DNA from: Eledone cirrhosa
Lineage: Eukaryota
Length of the DNA stretch: 64,000 nt
Direction of reading: 5' to 3'
Assembly: GCA_964016885.1 (NCBI GenBank)
Contig: OZ024765.1
Location: 18,538,001-18,602,000 of the forward strand
The notes below the pieces were generated by a model. The model did no database searches. It worked only from the letters and a program-made list of their open reading frames with translations, and had not been told where the DNA came from. The first letter of the stretch is position 1; the number at the start of each line of letters is the position of its first letter. Both the position numbers and the translations under genes were made by a program. Of the stretch, positions 57,241 through 64,000 are shown piece after piece.

Positions 57241-57550
57241 TTATTATTGTTCTTTGATTCTCAGTCATTGATGTTATTCAAATGGAAAGTCTGTTGAAAT
57301 GAATATCAAGCCACTACCTGCAGCCTCAGACATTTAGGACGTATCAGAGCGTTCTTGCTGTTCTCAGCATGCATGCCTTTTGAAGTGTTCCAAAAAGCGA
57401 GGATGGACTAATCTTCTTTAACCATCCTTGGAAACTCTTTGAGATAGTACCTAGTGCGCCTATGACAATCGGGACGGCCTTGATTTCATGGCAGTTGCAA
57501 ATCCTTTTTAACTGGTATCGGTTAATTTTCTCCCCTCTCTCTGTCTCCAC
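57241..57550 (-). mobile_element. Second 5'-truncated R4/Dong fragment
   Basis: EKINRYQLKRICNCHEIKAVPIVIGALGTISKSFQGWLKK..QKACML; 3' UTR and AAT tail match 21728-22093. Confidence 0.85.
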
Positions 57551-57612
57551 AGATCCTACACAGTGAGCTAGCCTCCACCTTGTCAATATGGTGTTTCAGC
57601 CACCTCGTTCTG

Positions 57613-57793
57613 AATTGGCAGTATTGGTAGAGGGTTAGACATGCTTTCCAGCATAGTTACGTCCCTTTACGATCTGAGTTCAAATCCCGCCGAGGTTAAC
57701 TTTGCCTTTCATCCTTACGGGGTCTATAAAATGAAGTACCAGTAATGCACTGGGTAATTGCTGGCCTTGTGCCTAAAGTAGAAACAATTATTA
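57613..57793 (+). mobile_element. SINE S1
   Basis: gaattggcagtattggtagaggg...agtagaaacaattatt. Confidence 0.9.
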
Positions 57794-57933
57794 ATATTGT
57801 TGTTGTTGTTGTTGAAATAATGTTCTAAAGTTTTCATTCAGAAACTGTGAAGTGTGTGTTTCACAAGGGAGTTAAACCAGGATGGGGTTCATAAACACAC
57901 ACACACTCACACACACGCACGCATACACACACG

Positions 57934-57989
<56 letters not shown>

Positions 57990-58063
57990 AATTTGCGCAG
58001 TCTCGGTTGCCCACTCTATATGTATTCAGATATAACTTTAACTTATGCTTCGGCTGCTAGTAC

Positions 58064-58109
<46 letters not shown>

Positions 58110-58307
58110 ATATATATATATATATAGGTTTATTCGTAGGAAAGATAAAGGAATTTAGACTGCTGTATGTATAGAACAGAGCTATTTAATCACATATGAT
58201 CTGGACGTTTGTATAAAGATCGTCTAGTCTCCTGAAACCTTTGGTAATGGAATACTTATATTGTGTTGTTTATATTGTAATTAAATACACACACACACAT
58301 ATACATG

Positions 58308-58339
<32 letters not shown>

Positions 58340-58384
58340 CGTGTGTATGTGTATATACATCCAACACATGAATGGCACTGTTAT

Positions 58385-58529
58385 TTCTATCTAATTTCTC
58401 ATTATTTCTACTGATGAAGGACTAGCGTCCGAATCGTTATGACCCTCTTCCTGCTATTTCAAGCGTTAACCTAATATATCCCTTCCATATACTGTACCGT
58501 TTCTGTTGTTATTTCTGTTTACTTTTTAT

Positions 58530-58530
<1 letters not shown>
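58385..58530 (+). mobile_element. Penelope-like pLTR remnant family H1 (hammerhead 58407-58442)
   Basis: CTGATGA-aggac tagc gtcc-GAATC-GTT-atga; reverse complement of the 11914 and 48253 copies. Confidence 0.65.
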
Positions 58531-58611
<81 letters not shown>

Positions 58612-58749
58612 ATGGAGAGATAGATAGATAGATAGATAGATGTGTGTATCTGTATATAAAGAATATTTCCATCCAGAATGCTGTTTGCGAACGTTTGTAT
58701 GTTTACCTTAATTGACAGATATACTTCCGACTATGTTTTTCACGATCGT

Positions 58750-59005
58750 TTAGCAATCAGTTTTCTACATTTAATTTTGGCCTTGTATTCCCCACAGCCC
58801 CTATTTTAACTATGCAAATACACTTTTTACATTATGAGACACCTCCCTTAAACATCTAAATCACTTTTATGAAACACTGTGCCCACGTTTTCAGATTTAC
58901 GTCCTACGGAAACCTTCGACATCTCCCCTACGAAGGAAGTTAGAAAAAACTGTCGCCTGTCTTTTTGCTAATGGGGAAGAACCTTAAGACAGTTCAAGCA
59001 ACAAT
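58750..59005 (+). mobile_element. Decayed CR1-like LINE C-terminal fragment
   Basis: ggaaaccttcgacatctcccctacgaagga translates NLRHLPYE, similar to the CR1 L..L.YEERL motif; otherwise heavily decayed. Confidence 0.4.
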
Positions 59006-59290
59006 AAGAAATAGGGGCTAATTAGCCAAACAACAGTAGTCCATATGTAGGCTTTCATTTACATATAATTTACATACTGTATTAGTCCGACGTCATTGCG
59101 CGCTCTGGGATCAAATCTCGCCGTGGTCAACTTTGCCCTTCAATCTTTCAAGGTCGATAAAAAGGTACCAGTCTAGTAATGGTATCGATTCTTCCTTTGT
59201 TCAGATCTGGAGAGGGTTGGGCTCCGCCAGGTTTAAAAGTGCACTAGACCCGCCGTCTTACGGTGCCTCTGATTGTATCCCCGTTTATAT

Positions 59291-59449
59291 ATATATATAT
59301 ATATATATATAAACCGAATTAGCCGTCGAAACGGCTTGAGCTCACCTGTCGGGGTCTTACTGGTTCCTATTACCCACTCTACTACCTCAAGTATTGAGTA
59401 CTTTGGTGCCTTATGGTCCACCTGGTTCCTTACCACATTTCCTTCGTTA
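59291..59449. mobile_element. Single-arm copy of family A
   Basis: gaattagccgtcgaaacggcttgagctc...ccacatttccttcgtTATA. Confidence 0.8.
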
Positions 59450-59517
59450 TATATATATATATATATACGTGTGTGCGTGTGTTTGTGTGTGTAAGGTAGA
59501 CAGATTATAGGGAAATA

Positions 59518-60775
<1,258 letters not shown>

Positions 60776-61073
60776 TTATAAAATAAATAAGTCAAATGTT
60801 TAAAATTTGGCTTTACATTACTCCGGAGTAACCAAACCAACCTGCGCACATCGTTGAGTGCTCCAATCTGCATACTTAGGTGTTGGTATACAACCAGCAT
60901 ATACTCAATACATGTATATATATATATATATATACATGTATAGATATATAGATACGTACATAGGCAAGGGCTACGACGGCTGAGTTCCGGCCTTTTCGAC
61001 AGCTAGATCTGAAATATTCGGATCTAGCTGTCGAAAGACACGGAGGTCAGCCGTCGTGGTCCTGAAACCTAGC

Positions 61074-61141
<68 letters not shown>

Positions 61142-61237
61142 TATATAATATATATATAGAGAGAGAGAGATTATATATATGAATATATATGTATATATTT
61201 GTACATATGTATTTATTTATATATATATATATATATA

Positions 61238-61279
<42 letters not shown>

Positions 61280-61282
<3 letters not shown>

Positions 61283-61555
61283 CGAAGGAAATGTGGTAAG
61301 GAACCAGATAGACCATAGTGTACCAAAGTACTGCATACTTAGGGTAGTAGAGTGGGTAATAGGAACGAGTAGGACCCCGACGGCTGAGCTCAAGCCGTTT
61401 CGACGGCTAATTCTAATTAGTCCTGAATTAGCCGTCGAAACGGCTTGAGCTCAGCCGTCGGGGTCCTACTCGATCTTATTACCAACTCTACTACCCTAAG
61501 TATTGAGTATTTTAGTGCGTTATCGTCTATCTGGTTCCTTACCACATTTCCTTCG

Positions 61556-61559
<4 letters not shown>
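61280..61559. mobile_element. Complete symmetric fold-back element family A (about 280 bp)
   Basis: TA-acgaaggaaatgtggtaaggaaccag...ctggttccttaccacatttccttcgt-TA with about 130-bp inverted arms. Confidence 0.9.
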
Positions 61560-61594
<35 letters not shown>

Positions 61595-61614
61595 GAGAGA
61601 GAGAGTGGGATATT

Positions 61615-61659
<45 letters not shown>

Positions 61660-62154
61660 TTATGTATATATACACTCGTGTATACATTAATTATCTCAAG
61701 CAAATGACATCACGTTTTTATCGTATTCGTCAGGTCGCTGACTGAATATAAGAATGTGTGTGTAATCTTATAGCAACACATGCATTCACAATGACGCCCA
61801 GAGTTATATACGGCATATGATTGTGTCTATATACATATGTGTGTGTGTGTGTATGTCTCTTTGTTTATTTTTAAATAATGTGTATATAGAAATGAATATA
61901 TATATATATATGTATCTGTGTGTATGTGTGTGTGTGTGTGTATGACATATGCTACATATATATATATAATTTATAAATATACATATATATATAAACATAT
62001 ATATATATATATATAATTTATATATATCATTTATATATATATATAGATATATATATATATATAATATATATAATATATATATAATATATAAATGACATAT
62101 TTGTATAATATATATATATATAATATATATAGTATATATATAATATATATGTAT

Positions 62155-62191
<37 letters not shown>

Positions 62192-62491
62192 ATTCATATG
62201 TATAATATATATATATATGACACATTTGTATGATATATATATATTTATATATATATATATTTATGAATATATATATATATATATATATATATGTATACAA
62301 ACATATATATATATATATACATATATGTATACAAACATATATATATACATATATATATATGTATACAAACATATATATATATTTATATATATATGTATAC
62401 AGAAATATATATATATATACATATATATATGTATACAGAAATATATATATATATACATATATATATGTATACAGAAATATATATATATATT

Positions 62492-62523
<32 letters not shown>

Positions 62524-62581
62524 TATATGTATTTCTATATACGGATTATATATACATAAACACACGCGCGCACGCGCACAA

Positions 62582-62612
<31 letters not shown>

Positions 62613-62903
62613 CTCATATATATATGAGAGAGTGGATAAGTGAGTCAAATAACAGTGATGGTGGGAGAAATGGAGTGCGATAGATAACTTCTTTGAAACA
62701 ATAACATCTATATAGTATGTATTGTTTTGCCTGAAGATAATCAAAATCTATTTTACGTGAAACTCCGTTGTTGTCTATTTAGTCTCTTTAACAATTATAC
62801 TATGTACATTAATTACACACACGTGTGTACATACATATATATGAGTGTGTGTGTATGAGTATGCAAACATAAGCACATCTATAAACATATGCTAATGTAT
62901 TTG

Positions 62904-62960
<57 letters not shown>

Positions 62961-62964
<4 letters not shown>

Positions 62965-63162
62965 CGAAGGAAATGTGGTAAGGAACCAGGTGGACCATAA
63001 AGCACCAAAGTACTCAATACTTAGGGTAGTAGAGTGGGTAATAGGAACGCGTAGGACCCCGACGGCTGAGCTCAAGCCGTTTCGACGGCTAATTCTAATT
63101 AGTCCTGAATTAGCCGTCGAAACGGCTTGAGCTCAGCCGTCGCGGTCCTACTCGTTCCTATA
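62961..63162. mobile_element. Asymmetric fold-back element family A
   Basis: Same centre as 61280-61559, but the right arm stops at cgttccTATA. Confidence 0.88.
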
Positions 63163-63289
63163 AATATATATATATATACACATATATATATATATACATG
63201 GTGGCTGCGAACTCGTTTTCGAGTAGGGCCATTACTTTATATCCATGTAGGAGAACCCCTACCGATGCACTGAACGAGTGTGACTTTTT

Positions 63290-63700
63290 AGTCCAGCCAG
63301 CGACTTGAGAATTCTGGTACAAACACTACACTTGTGACAATTATTGACACATAGTGCTGGCCCCATGGTACCACGTGACGACAAGTGCAGAGAGATCTCC
63401 AGATATAAAGCAATGCCTGTGCCGTGAAGCTTTTATAGTGAGCAAAGGCACGGCACAAAGCCAGTCCCACTCTCTTAACCAAGATGATATTTACCAAAAA
63501 AAAGAACAAGTCAACATCATTGGATACCATCAGAGTTGCAGGTGTTATATCAGAGATTTCCTTCTCCTAGAATTCTGCCTTGACAAAGGCTAAGGGGTCA
63601 TCTCTCCCGGTGATTTTGGATGGCCATTGACTCTTAAGAGCTCCTTTGCCCTTTGACAGGTTTTGTTTTTAGTCCAGCAGGATGTCCACAGTCACCCTTC
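63290..63700 (-). mobile_element. Decayed CR1/L2-like LINE fragment
   Basis: Minus-strand KRVGLALCRA..FTAQALLYIWRS..CRHV.PWG resembles the post-RT pattern VG.L.R...F...LL.LYKS....EYC.H.W. Confidence 0.4.
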
Positions 63701-63757
63701 TCACCAAGATGTATATATATATATATATATATTTATATTTATACATATATATATATG

Positions 63758-63795
<38 letters not shown>

Positions 63796-63799
<4 letters not shown>

Positions 63800-64000
63800 C
63801 GTTTCTGAATTTGTTTAGCAAGATTCTTTATCTGAAATCGTGTGTTGAAACCGATATTGTTATACTTTGGGAGGGTCATGTTGCCTATAAGAAACACACG
63901 CACCAGTTGTTTCACTTCAATTTATTATATATTTATAAATTTATAAATTTACAAACTTATAAATTTCTGGTTGGTTCGTTGTTTCCACAACCAGATAGTT
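63796..64000 (-). mobile_element. Penelope-like pLTR remnant family H2 (runs off the window)
   Basis: Matches 14363-14505 directly and 39140-39342 as reverse complement. Confidence 0.7.

Noticed and set aside
61390-61450. Hammerhead in family A (gtcGAAACggc)
   Set aside because: No CUGANGA box with a closing stem II at the right position.

Overview
AT-rich eukaryotic, repeat-saturated DNA. It is most likely an octopod cephalopod, inferred from my recollection of octopus SINE sequences and not from a search. There is one 200-N scaffold gap at 18727-18926. The only long real ORF is ORF2 (24393-27812; APE endonuclease, RT, C-terminal CCHC) of a full-length, ~5.8 kb L1/Tx1-type non-LTR retrotransposon (22295-28077); its ORF1 is broken by two frameshifts. 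The LINE sits in an (ATT)n hotspot with a 5'-truncated R4/Dong element and two copies of a tRNA-derived SINE. The SINE's 3' tail resembles the LINE's 3' end and its TSDs begin with ATTAT/ATTAA, suggesting a Tx1-LINE/SINE pair that prefers ATT sites. The (TA)n-rich remainder holds many short, often fold-back elements; about a dozen carry type I hammerhead ribozyme motifs of several unrelated families, typical of Penelope-like element pLTR remnants. The first 12 kb is a degenerate multi-kb tandem duplication with inverted pairs of tRNA-like Pol III units and decayed CR1 pieces. No confident host gene was found; almost all listed ORFs are microsatellite artefacts.
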